NCBI GenBank assembly: GCA_963816145.1
Contig: CAWFJP010000001.1
Location: 256,001 to 320,000, forward strand
From: an uncultured delta proteobacterium
GTDB taxonomy: Bacteria > Desulfobacterota > Binatia > UBA9968
Direction of reading: 5' to 3'
Length of the DNA: 64,000 bases
Shown piece after piece: positions 21,043 to 30,063 of the stretch. How positions within the stretch are numbered: the first letter of the stretch is position 1; the number at the start of each line of letters is the position of its first letter. Both the position numbers and the translations under genes were made by a program. The notes beneath the pieces are model-generated. The model worked only from the letters and a program-made list of their open reading frames with translations, had not been told where the DNA came from and did no database searches.

Positions 21043-21080
21043 AAAAAAGCGCGGCACCTGGAAGATGCCGCGCTTTTTTT
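21043..21080. terminator. Bidirectional intrinsic terminator
   Basis: AAAAAAGCGCGGCA-cctggaaga-TGCCGCGCTTTTTTT between convergent genes. Confidence 0.9.
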
Positions 21081-21099
21081 GCAATTGATTGGCAATGGT

Positions 21100-21813
21100 T
21101 TACTTGCCAGCGATTTCGAAACTAACTTTCGCGTCTTCTTTCGCCTTGACAGTAACCTTCTGGGTGCTCTTGCCGAGCTTCTCATGCCACACTTCGACGG
21201 TGTAGCTGCCGGCAGGAACATTGTCTAGCTTGAAACTCCCAGACTTATCGGTAACCGCAAAATAGGGAGTCTCAGTCGCCACCAGCCAGCCATGCATCCA
21301 GCCGTGGACGTCGCACTTCACCTCGACAGCTTCGGGCTTCTCGACCTTGACCTCCAAAGTCTTCTTGAACTTGGGCTGGGCCTGGTTAAACGGCGTGTTC
21401 ACCTTGCTGTAGGAATGGACGTTGTGGAGAATCCCGTCCGGGTTGATCACTTCAATAGTAGAACCAGCAGGAAACGCCAGGACATGGGGATGGTATTCGC
21501 AACCATTTTGGTCCAATTGGACCTTTTTTAACTCGATCTTTTTACCCTTTTTGATATCGGTGATCGTTACCACGGCGTTGACGAGGTTACCGTTATCGAC
21601 GATCAACGATGGATCCGTCTTGGCGGTCTTGCCGCACACTTCTTTATCTTTGCCGACGTCAAGTTTCTTCGGCGCCGGAGCGGTGCCTTTGAACTTAACC
21701 GTACCGGAAATCGAGCCGCCATCTTTCACATCGCCGCCTTCATATGCCGCCATGCTGATGGCTGGCGCCGTCACCAACGCCATAGTCAAAACTAACGAAC
21801 CTAATTTATTCAT
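21100..21813 (-). CDS. Periplasmic cupredoxin-like protein with a carboxypeptidase-regulatory-like domain
   Basis: Signal peptide; ILHNVH...KCDVHGWM (H...CxxHxxM type-1 Cu ligand set); GSYTVEVWHE. Confidence 0.75.
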   Translation of the reverse strand: MNKLGSLVLTMALVTAPAISMAAYEGGDVKDGGSISGTVKFKGTAPAPKKLDVGKDKEVCGKTAKTDPSLIVDNGNLVNAVVTITDIKKGKKIELKKVQLDQNGCEYHPHVLAFPAGSTIEVINPDGILHNVHSYSKVNTPFNQAQPKFKKTLEVKVEKPEAVEVKCDVHGWMHGWLVATETPYFAVTDKSGSFKLDNVPAGSYTVEVWHEKLGKSTQKVTVKAKEDAKVSFEIAGK

Positions 21814-21883
21814 ATTTTTTCTCCTTCAAGCTAACTGGTCATCGGTTGGACGACCGGGTTGTTCCTATATTCACTATTCATGG

Positions 21884-24580
21884 TTACTTCGTTGGTTTTG
21901 CTTTAGCAACCTGTGGCGCGACAGCCACAGCGGCAGGGGCCGCAGCCCGACCGAGCGACATCAAGTAATCGCGTAAGGCCTCGATCTGCTCGTCCTCCTT
22001 GCCGCCCAGGATGTTATCGGGCCCGCCGGGGTAGAACGAAGGCATCTTGGCGCCTGGCTGCACCTTCTGTGGGTCCTTGAGCCACTTGATGATCCAGTTC
22101 GGGTTCAACCGTTGGCGCGCCATGGCCAAATCTGGCGCCCAGCCTTCTTTCGGCCCTTCTGGATTCTTGCCGCCCTGGACATGGCAACTGAAGCAGTTGA
22201 AGTACTCAGGCGAGGTCAACGTCTTGGCGGCTTCGAGATACCCTGCTGGTACCTTACGGTCGTCAATGTAATGGTACGGCTGCTCGACCTTCGACAGTCC
22301 GTTGAAATAGTTCACCAGTTGCGTAGCGTGTTCATCGGAAAAACCAAAGGTCGGCATTCTGATTTCCAACCACGGGCGCAGCGTAATCGGCGATTTCAAG
22401 AAATTGTACAACCACGGCGATTGTACCTTTTCGCCCTCGCCGTTTAGCACCGGCGGCGCTAGCGTGATGTTCTCCTGATAGTACTTACGAATAAACCCAC
22501 CGCGTTTCTCGATCTCGTGGCAACCGACGCAATTGTATTGCTGCATCAAACGCCGCCCTTCGACCACTTGTTTTACCCGCAGCCCTTGGTCCGCTTGGTA
22601 ATGCTGACCGACTTTACGCTCCCGGAAGCCGCCCAACACAGTCCGCACTGCTTTAATGTCTTCATCCTCAAGATTGAACTGCGGCATCAACTGCTCAATT
22701 CGCTCGGTAGCATAACCCCGCGGGGTTTTAAGCTTATTATAGGTCCAGTCGTCCCAAGTATTCTTGACGTCGGTGCGATTGCCGAAGAACAGCTCTTCAA
22801 CCGTTTTTGAGCCAAAGGTGGTCAATTCGGCACCGACGCGGGACTCCTTCTCCATCCCCTTGATGTCATGGCAGCCGAAGCAGCCCCACCTGCGGACCAA
22901 AGCTTCACCGCGCTTGATGTTCTTCGCATCGGCAAGCTTTTCCTGGAGACCGGCGACGGGATCAGGTCTACCGCCTAAACTCATTAAATAGTTGGTGATA
23001 GACAGCGCCTCGTCGTCAGACAAACGCAAGCTCGGCATGCGCGTGTCGGGAGAAAAGCCGCGTGGGTCTTTAATCCAATGGTAGATCCATTGGGGACCGG
23101 TGACCTTGGACGCGACATCCTTAAGATTGGGAACCAGATCTTTTGATTTGCCCAAAGGCGTGGAGAACTCCCCGTCGGCAAAGCCATGACAGCCTTTACA
23201 ACCGATGCTCTCAACAAGCTTTTGACCCTTGGCGATGTCATTAGGATCGCCTTGGCGGAACCCCGCCGGTGCCGGATGTTCCTGCGTCCACTTGTCGCCC
23301 TCTTCTTTGGATTGGGACCAGATATAAGCGGCAATCGCCACCGCGTCGTCCGATTTCAGATCAAAGTTCGGCATGCGCGTGCGCGGCCGGAATTTGTGTG
23401 GGTTCTCGATCCAGCGCACCATCCAGCCTGGATCGACCTTGGCGCTGATTTTTTTCAGGCTCGGCGCGATCTTTGGGATATTTTCGTAACCCTTGACCAA
23501 ATGGCAGCCGGTACAACCGACTTCCTCAAACAGCCTCTGGCCTTCGGCCAGCAGCGGCGCGTCCTCCGCAAACTTCTGGACATCCAGATGACAAGAGGTG
23601 CAGCTCGACTGAACTTTGCTGCCGCGCAACAGCGGAAATTCCCACAAATGGACTTCGCCATGCGCCTGCAGGACGCTATTCACCGCCACTCCCTGGCCTT
23701 CATGGCAGCTGGTGCAGCCAAACTTATCCGGCGCATGGGCGCTGTCGGCGAGCAACACTTCACGGCGCGGATGGGTCCTGAATGGATGGGGTTCTTTCTC
23801 GAAGCCAGGACGGTTGATCGCTAGATGGCAGGTCTGACAACGGTCGACGCGCGCCACTGGTTGATCGAAGCGATTGCGGTCAAATTCCGGTAAGGATACC
23901 TGTTGGATTTTGGGGATCTTAAAAAAAGTGAAGGGACCGAGTTTAAAGGTCACGTTCTCCATGACGCGGACCCATTTGTCCCGCTCAGCGGTCATTTTGC
24001 CAAGTTCGTTCTCAAGATCCTTGGCACCCGAGCGAATCTTTTTGATCTCTTCTTTGAGCTGATTGCGCTTATCACCTATGGGGGCGAGATCCTTATCCAA
24101 GGCCGCTTTCTTCTTGTCCAAACCGGCGATGATTTCGAGATAAGGTTGCGGATTGCGTTTTTGTTGCACCGCATGATCATGCTCGTACCAGGCTTCTTCG
24201 AGCTCGCTCTTTACGTCCTTAACTTTTTGGTCGACTTCCTGAAACCTTACCGTGGTGCGCGCTTCTTCGCTTTCAAGCGCTTTTAGCTTCTTGCCGATCT
24301 CGCCGCTCGCCAAGCTGGACTGAAATGCCGCCAGCTTCTGAGACAGCTCTTTGTATTTGTCGTCCGCCTGAAGCTTCTTGTCCTCTTCATCGTAAGCGGC
24401 TTTGGCCTTGTTGTAATCCAGCCGGTAAAATTTCGCCTGGAAACCTTTCCAAGGCCGGCGCGTGATGTTGTCGTCGAGGAAAGCCCAAAGGGACAACGCC
24501 GCCAGTATGCCCGCGCCGAGGACGAAAACACTACCGTAAGACTTCTTCTCTTCTTTTTGGTCGACCCCTCGTTCCGCCAT
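21884..24580 (-). CDS. Membrane-anchored octaheme cytochrome c with a coiled-coil stalk (bc-complex associated)
   Basis: 8 CxxCH motifs (CQTCH, CTSCH, CTSCH, CTGCH, CKGCH, CFGCH, CVGCH, CFSCH); N-terminal TM; about 150-aa K/E-rich heptad region. Confidence 0.9.
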   Translation of the reverse strand: MAERGVDQKEEKKSYGSVFVLGAGILAALSLWAFLDDNITRRPWKGFQAKFYRLDYNKAKAAYDEEDKKLQADDKYKELSQKLAAFQSSLASGEIGKKLKALESEEARTTVRFQEVDQKVKDVKSELEEAWYEHDHAVQQKRNPQPYLEIIAGLDKKKAALDKDLAPIGDKRNQLKEEIKKIRSGAKDLENELGKMTAERDKWVRVMENVTFKLGPFTFFKIPKIQQVSLPEFDRNRFDQPVARVDRCQTCHLAINRPGFEKEPHPFRTHPRREVLLADSAHAPDKFGCTSCHEGQGVAVNSVLQAHGEVHLWEFPLLRGSKVQSSCTSCHLDVQKFAEDAPLLAEGQRLFEEVGCTGCHLVKGYENIPKIAPSLKKISAKVDPGWMVRWIENPHKFRPRTRMPNFDLKSDDAVAIAAYIWSQSKEEGDKWTQEHPAPAGFRQGDPNDIAKGQKLVESIGCKGCHGFADGEFSTPLGKSKDLVPNLKDVASKVTGPQWIYHWIKDPRGFSPDTRMPSLRLSDDEALSITNYLMSLGGRPDPVAGLQEKLADAKNIKRGEALVRRWGCFGCHDIKGMEKESRVGAELTTFGSKTVEELFFGNRTDVKNTWDDWTYNKLKTPRGYATERIEQLMPQFNLEDEDIKAVRTVLGGFRERKVGQHYQADQGLRVKQVVEGRRLMQQYNCVGCHEIEKRGGFIRKYYQENITLAPPVLNGEGEKVQSPWLYNFLKSPITLRPWLEIRMPTFGFSDEHATQLVNYFNGLSKVEQPYHYIDDRKVPAGYLEAAKTLTSPEYFNCFSCHVQGGKNPEGPKEGWAPDLAMARQRLNPNWIIKWLKDPQKVQPGAKMPSFYPGGPDNILGGKEDEQIEALRDYLMSLGRAAAPAAVAVAPQVAKAKPTK

Positions 24581-24590
24581 CCCGACTCCC

Positions 24591-24758
24591 TTACGCTACC
24601 TTGCGCTCCAGCGCACGGCCCAACGAAAAAACTGCGAGACCGATGAGCGTCAAAACTATTTCTTCAGCCATGGAAGAATTTCTCATGATGCCGACAAACA
24701 AAGCGTATCCGATGTCTGCAAGCCCCAGTGCTTGAAGAATTTTCGCCACGTAAAACAT
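24591..24758 (-). CDS. 55-aa two-TM small membrane protein (not in ORF track)
   Basis: MFYVAKILQALGLADIGYALFVGIMRNSSMAEEIVLTLIGLAVFSLGRALERKVA; the ATG abuts the upstream TAG and the ORF fills the operon gap. Confidence 0.7.
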   Translation of the reverse strand: MFYVAKILQALGLADIGYALFVGIMRNSSMAEEIVLTLIGLAVFSLGRALERKVA

Positions 24759-25526
24759 CTAGATATTAATCCAGGGCGTTACCAAGACGTATTTGACATT
24801 GAACGCCAAGCGCAAAAACATTTTCGCCGGCAACGACATCATGAGCACAAGAATCACGCCTGTGATAGTGAAACGCACCATGCCCCAGCGCTCAAGAAAC
24901 TCTTTGCCCTTGACTTTGATTACAAACAAGTAGAAGAGCAGCATGCCGACGACAAAGTAGGCGCCGATCGCGACCAATCCAAACGCGGCCGCCAGCCCAT
25001 AATTGCGAATTCCGAGCAGATAGGGCAAGTCGACGTTGGTCAAGGCGACAACCTTGTGGGCATCCCAGTGCTGCCACGGCCAGAAAAGATTCCAACCGGG
25101 ACCGCGGAAAAACGTACCGATGATGATCATCGTTACCCACAAAACGTGAAAACCGAAGATGAAAGTCAGAATCTCCCACTTGCGGTCTTTGAAGCAGTAA
25201 TAGCCGTTGCCGCGCGGATTGGTGTCGATGAACGGGATCACCATCAATCCGACGATGATCAAAGACGGCAGCACAACGCCGGCATGCCACGGGTCGAAGT
25301 AAACCAGCATCTCTTGCAACCCGAGGAAGTACCAGGGGGCTTTTGAAGGATTGGGCGTCCGGGTTGGATTGGCCGCCTCTTCGAGCGGCGCATCGATGGT
25401 CAGCGACCAAATGGTCAGTCCGATCATAACGAACAGCGCGACCAGAAACTCCATCCGCACCAAATGCGGCCAAGTGTGTATTTTATCGTCGACCGGAAGT
25501 TTTCGTTCTTTAGCGGCCTCAGCCAT
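24759..25526 (-). CDS. Cytochrome b6f subunit IV-like / cytochrome b C-terminal subunit
   Basis: WPHLV...APLEEAANPTRTPNPSKAPWYFLGLQE (PEWY-equivalent), PFID. Confidence 0.85.
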   Translation of the reverse strand: MAEAAKERKLPVDDKIHTWPHLVRMEFLVALFVMIGLTIWSLTIDAPLEEAANPTRTPNPSKAPWYFLGLQEMLVYFDPWHAGVVLPSLIIVGLMVIPFIDTNPRGNGYYCFKDRKWEILTFIFGFHVLWVTMIIIGTFFRGPGWNLFWPWQHWDAHKVVALTNVDLPYLLGIRNYGLAAAFGLVAIGAYFVVGMLLFYLFVIKVKGKEFLERWGMVRFTITGVILVLMMSLPAKMFLRLAFNVKYVLVTPWINI

Positions 25527-25550
25527 AGATCAGCCTCGTTTTCGCGTCGC

Positions 25551-26321
25551 CTATAAAGATGGACCGGAAAACCCGTCGCGCCGGATACGCCAGAAATGCA
25601 CGGCCATCAGAATACTGGCGACCAGCGGGATAAAAATGCAATGGAGAATGTAGAAACGCAGAAGCGTGTGCGGCCCGATCTCGCCGCCACCGAACAGAAA
25701 CGCGCGAGCATCGTAAATCGGATTCGCACCGACAAACTCGGCGAACGGACCTTCATAACCCAAGAGCGGCGTCGCCCGGGCCATGTTGGAACCGACGGTC
25801 ACCGCCCAGATCGCCAACTGATCCCAAGGCAGAAGGTATCCGGTAAAACTCAATAGCAGAGTAAGCACGAGCAGCAAAACGCCAACGATCCAGTTGAACT
25901 CGCGCGGCGGTTTGTACGAGCCGGTGAGAAAGACGCGAAACATATGCAACCAGACAAACACGATCATCGCGTGAGCCGCCCACCGATGCATGTTGCGCAT
26001 GAGCATGCCGAAAGGCATATCGAACTCGAGATACTTCATGTCAGCGTAGGCATATTCCGCCACCGGCCGGTAGTAGAACATCAGATAGATGCCGGTAATG
26101 GCAGTGATGAGAAACATGAGAAAAGTGAGACCTCCCATGCACCAAGTAAAACGCATGCGCACCGCATGACGCCGCACTTTGGCCGGATGGAGATGGAGAA
26201 AGACATTGGAAGTCACCATCATCACCCGGTTACGCGGTGTGTCGTCGTAACCGTGGCGAAAGATCGCTTTCCAAACTTGGCTCTCAACGATATCGTTTTT
26301 AATCTTTTCAAGCAGGCTCAT
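25551..26321 (-). CDS. petB: Cytochrome b6-like (split cytochrome b N-terminal subunit)
   Basis: WCMGG, HRWAAH, LHMFRVF, YKPPREFNW, TGYLLPWDQ; H-x14-H in helix D. Confidence 0.88.
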   Translation of the reverse strand: MSLLEKIKNDIVESQVWKAIFRHGYDDTPRNRVMMVTSNVFLHLHPAKVRRHAVRMRFTWCMGGLTFLMFLITAITGIYLMFYYRPVAEYAYADMKYLEFDMPFGMLMRNMHRWAAHAMIVFVWLHMFRVFLTGSYKPPREFNWIVGVLLLVLTLLLSFTGYLLPWDQLAIWAVTVGSNMARATPLLGYEGPFAEFVGANPIYDARAFLFGGGEIGPHTLLRFYILHCIFIPLVASILMAVHFWRIRRDGFSGPSL

Positions 26322-26332
26322 GATTTTTTCCG

Positions 26333-26851
26333 TTAGGCTTTGAGAATGCTGTCCGGATACTGCTCGTCTGGATCGATGCCTGCAGTACCTCTAAATATCT
26401 TGTTCTTATCGACTACGAGCTGGCCATCGTCGCCGAGCGTCAGCTTGAAGCGGTCGAGCGGGCGCGGCGCCGGTCCTTCGAAGTTCAAACCAGACTTATA
26501 AAAGCCACTGCCATGGCAGGGACATTTGAATTTGTTCTCGGCGGCGAGCCAACGCGGCGTGCAGCCCAAGTGCGTGCATTTTGCGAAAATGGCATACACG
26601 CCGGTTTCTTCGCGGATGATCCAAACTCGCTGGTCTTGTTTATACTTTTCACTGACTTCGCCGACGGCGTAATCCGACGGTAACCCTGCCTTGAATGTTG
26701 CCGGCGGTTGAAACAATACCCGGGGAAACGCTGAACGGAGAAATCCAAGGAGGCCCAATCCGCCAAAGATGCCAAATCCGCCCCAGCCCAAGCGCGTGAA
26801 GAAATCCCGCCGCGACCAGATACCGCCTTTTTTCTTTTCAGCTTCTGCCAT
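26333..26851 (-). CDS. Rieske [2Fe-2S] subunit of the bc complex
   Basis: Tat motif SRRDFF, CTHLGC, CPCHGS, GPAPRPL. Confidence 0.95.
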   Translation of the reverse strand: MAEAEKKKGGIWSRRDFFTRLGWGGFGIFGGLGLLGFLRSAFPRVLFQPPATFKAGLPSDYAVGEVSEKYKQDQRVWIIREETGVYAIFAKCTHLGCTPRWLAAENKFKCPCHGSGFYKSGLNFEGPAPRPLDRFKLTLGDDGQLVVDKNKIFRGTAGIDPDEQYPDSILKA

Positions 26852-26853
26852 AA

Positions 26854-27204
26854 CTATTTCGCTTTCTTAAGCCAGCTGATCAATCCGCCCCAAATTACAA
26901 AAGCTACGCCAAATAACATCAGAAGCAGTCCAACGGGACCAAATATGAACGACAACCCGCCGCCCAAAAAAAACAACAGGACTCCGGTTCCCAGCGGATT
27001 GAACGGAGCCGGCGTCGTCCCTACCCCTGGCACCGGTTCATCCTTGTGGATGAACTCTTCGCGCATTAGCGCGGTTGCCAGCTCCTTGAGATCGTGGCGT
27101 CGCTCAGGGTCGGCGCCCTGAATCAGACGGCCAAGCTCTTGAGCCAACCTTTCGATCTCTTGTTCGCGCGCTTCCGGCGCTAGATTTGGAGGATCGGATG
27201 TCAC
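26854..27204 (-). CDS. Hypothetical protein with two C-terminal TM helices, first gene of the bc operon
   Basis: 116-aa ORF ending 2 nt before the Rieske start. Confidence 0.6.
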   Translation of the reverse strand: MTSDPPNLAPEAREQEIERLAQELGRLIQGADPERRHDLKELATALMREEFIHKDEPVPGVGTTPAPFNPLGTGVLLFFLGGGLSFIFGPVGLLLMLFGVAFVIWGGLISWLKKAK

Positions 27205-27271
27205 CTAAGATTAGGGTTGTTGATTATTATAGAAAATATTCTTTGTCAACAATTTGGCCCTTCTTGTGACG

Positions 27272-27754
27272 TTAACGTCTGAGCAAAATCACCGCAGTAC
27301 CAGCCATTCCTTGTCCTTTGCCGAGCCATCCGAGCTTCTCGGTGGTGGCGGCTTTGATGCTCACGTCGCTCTCGGCCAGTTTGAGCAGGCCGGCGACGCT
27401 TTTACGCATGGCTGGATAATGCGGCGACAGCTTCGGCCGCTGCGCCACCAAAGTTACATCGACATTGACGATCTTGAACCGCTTGCGCCGCATGATCCCC
27501 AGCACCTCGCCGAGGAGCTTGGCGCTGGAAATTCCTTTATAACGCGGATCGCTATCGGGGAAATGCGTGCCGATATCCCCTTCACCCATTGCCCCCAATA
27601 AAGCATTGATCACCGCGTGCAGAACTACATCGGCATCGGAATGGCCCAACAAGCCCGTTGGCGACGGTATCTCGACGCCGCCGAGGATCAATTTACGACC
27701 GCGGCGAAAGCGGTGCACGTCGAAACCATGACCGATACGAAACTGTTTTGCCAT
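27272..27754 (-). CDS. ispF: 2-C-methyl-D-erythritol 2,4-cyclodiphosphate synthase
   Basis: RIGHGFDVH, GHSDADV, GDIGTHFPD, KAATTEKLG. Confidence 0.97.
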   Translation of the reverse strand: MAKQFRIGHGFDVHRFRRGRKLILGGVEIPSPTGLLGHSDADVVLHAVINALLGAMGEGDIGTHFPDSDPRYKGISSAKLLGEVLGIMRRKRFKIVNVDVTLVAQRPKLSPHYPAMRKSVAGLLKLAESDVSIKAATTEKLGWLGKGQGMAGTAVILLRR

Positions 27755-27938
27755 CGCTTGTCTGTCGATGGCGGCATCATGTCGCGAACCAAGGCGACAT
27801 TCAACCGGGTTGCTCGACGAATCGAAGTTACCCGCGGCGATGCCAAAAAATCGAAATAAACTATCGCCTGCCCTGTGGATCGCGGCAAACTTGACCGAGG
27901 AATCGTGTTATGGCGTTCCCTCCGGCTATCTGGTATAA

Positions 27939-28706
27939 ATGATGCCAAATTCGATACCCATGCGACCGCGAATGCTGATCATCTGCTCGCTGATCTTTAT
28001 CGCCCTGCCACTTTATACCGTGCTATCGGGTCAGGCGCCGCAGGGACGCGACTTCCGCACTGCGGACCGCTCCAGTGCGGGGCTCGCGCCGCGCGCGGAG
28101 ACGACGCCCGAAGCGGTGGTGCAAGTCTATTTCGCCCGCGCGCTCAATTGGCGCGGCATTTTCGGTGTCCATACCTGGATCGCCACCAAACCGGCAAACG
28201 CCACTGAGTATACCGTGCATCAAGTTATTGGCTGGCGCATTTACCGCGATCTCCCCGCGGTGGTTTCCGGCCCCGGCATCCCGGACGCCCGCTGGTTTGG
28301 CAACGAGCCCACTTTGATCGCCGATTTGCGCGGCGACGCCGCCGCCAAGGCGATCCCAAAAATCATCGAAGCCACCGCCAAATATCCGTACCCCAACCAG
28401 TACACGCTTTGGCCCGGCCCCAACAGCAACACCTTCGTCGCCTACATCGGCCGCGCCGTGCCGGAACTGCATATGGATCTGCCGTCCACTGCTATCGGCA
28501 AGGACTACCCGATCAACGGGTCACTGATCGACCGCACCCCCAGCGGGACCGGCTATCAACTGTCCATGTTCGGGGTCGCTGGCCTAACCATGGCCCGTGA
28601 GGAAGGCTTTGAACTGAATCTTCTGGGCCTCACCTTCGGCCTCGACTTTTACAAGCCGGCGATCAAACTCCCCTTCATCGGCCGTCTCGGCATGGGCGAA
28701 AACTAA
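27939..28706 (+). CDS. DUF3750 domain-containing protein
   Basis: RSSAGLAP, WRGIFGVHTWI, WPGPNSNTF, AIGKDY, GFELNLLGL. Confidence 0.8.
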   Translation: MMPNSIPMRPRMLIICSLIFIALPLYTVLSGQAPQGRDFRTADRSSAGLAPRAETTPEAVVQVYFARALNWRGIFGVHTWIATKPANATEYTVHQVIGWRIYRDLPAVVSGPGIPDARWFGNEPTLIADLRGDAAAKAIPKIIEATAKYPYPNQYTLWPGPNSNTFVAYIGRAVPELHMDLPSTAIGKDYPINGSLIDRTPSGTGYQLSMFGVAGLTMAREEGFELNLLGLTFGLDFYKPAIKLPFIGRLGMGEN

Positions 28707-28743
28707 ACGGAGACTGTCGGCGCCGATTTACAAAGCCCTCGGC

Positions 28744-30048
28744 ATGCCAGACCGGTCAACCGTTTCGAGCCTATACCGCATCGTCGTTTTCTTGGCGACG
28801 GCGTTTACCGTCGCTGTGTCCATTTTCCTGGTCGATAAAAATCTCTTCTCGCAGTCCGAGCAGTTCCAAGAGTCCGACTTCATCATGACCTTCTACGTGG
28901 CCGGCCGTCTGGTTAGCGACGGCCGGTCTAGCGAACTCTATCCCGATCCCACGGCCAAAAGCTTCGTCAACTCACGTTTCGACAAAGCCGCCCATGAGTT
29001 TCTTCCCAAGCTACCCCAAAACTCCGCCGGCGCGTACATGTACATCCCACTGGTCGCCGGCTTTTTCACACCATTCGGCAGGCTCGATCCCAACGTTGCT
29101 TTGCTGCTGTGGCAAGCAATTTCGGTTCTGGCGCTTCTGTGGAGCTGCCGGCAGCTCGGAGAAGTCACCGGGACGAAGACCAGCGAAATGTTTTTCTTGG
29201 CGTTTCTTTTCCTGCCGATATTTCTGACCCTGTGGGCCGGTCAATTGGGACTAGCTTTCGGTTTGCTGCCGTTATCATTGGGCTTCAGCATGCTGGTCAA
29301 GAATAGACCACTGCTCGCGGGACTGGTCTGGTCGCTCCTGCTGCTTAAACCGCAATACTTCCTCGCCGCGGCGTTCGTCGCCCTGGTTTTACTTTTGAAC
29401 CGGCGCTATCGGACATTTATCGGGATGAGCCTGGGGGTGATCGGTCTTTTGATCACCACCTTGCTCGTGTTCGGGCCGGAACTGACTCTACAGTGGCTGC
29501 AAAGCCACCAGGTCAGCGACGCCATGTATTCGAGTGGCCAGCAAGGCATTCCGAGCCACCTCATCACCGGCTTGCCGGCCAACCTGATGATTTTGTTTCC
29601 GGTGGAGCAACGCGCAGCAGTGAAATGGCCGCTTTACTTCGGTGCTGCCATGCTCTGGGTGGTTGGTTTTTACTTCGCAACTAAGGCTGCCAAAGAACAA
29701 GACGACATTTTACGACGTCTCGCCGTCGCCTTGACCATCGGAGTTTGCTTGTCGGCAATCACCCTGCCCCACTTGCTCTATTACGATCTCTGCGTGCTGT
29801 TGCCCGCCGGTGCGCTGCTCCTGAGTAAATCCAGGCCGTGGTTGGACCGCAACGACCTGAGGCAAATAGCGATTTACGGGTGGATTTTGATCAGCGGCTT
29901 CCTGGCGCCGATGCTGGCATTCACGAGTTCGAAACTAATGCCGCTTTTTCTCGAAACGATTCTAGCCCTGCTGTTCTTCCGTTTGCTCTGGCGACTCGCC
30001 CGACACTCTACCCACAGCGATGGCGGGTACACAGCAAGCAACCTTTGA
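28744..30048 (+). CDS. GT87/DUF2029 family glycosyltransferase
   Basis: DFIMTFYVAG, YMYIP, GQLG, LKPQY, PHLLYYDL; polytopic. Confidence 0.8.
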   Translation: MPDRSTVSSLYRIVVFLATAFTVAVSIFLVDKNLFSQSEQFQESDFIMTFYVAGRLVSDGRSSELYPDPTAKSFVNSRFDKAAHEFLPKLPQNSAGAYMYIPLVAGFFTPFGRLDPNVALLLWQAISVLALLWSCRQLGEVTGTKTSEMFFLAFLFLPIFLTLWAGQLGLAFGLLPLSLGFSMLVKNRPLLAGLVWSLLLLKPQYFLAAAFVALVLLLNRRYRTFIGMSLGVIGLLITTLLVFGPELTLQWLQSHQVSDAMYSSGQQGIPSHLITGLPANLMILFPVEQRAAVKWPLYFGAAMLWVVGFYFATKAAKEQDDILRRLAVALTIGVCLSAITLPHLLYYDLCVLLPAGALLLSKSRPWLDRNDLRQIAIYGWILISGFLAPMLAFTSSKLMPLFLETILALLFFRLLWRLARHSTHSDGGYTASNL

Positions 30049-30063
30049 AGACTGTTTGTATTA

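Noticed and set aside
27215-27255. FNR-like box upstream of the bc operon
   Set aside because: Only a half site matches (TTGAT-tatt-ATAGA), and the TGTTGA...TCAACA spacing is non-canonical.
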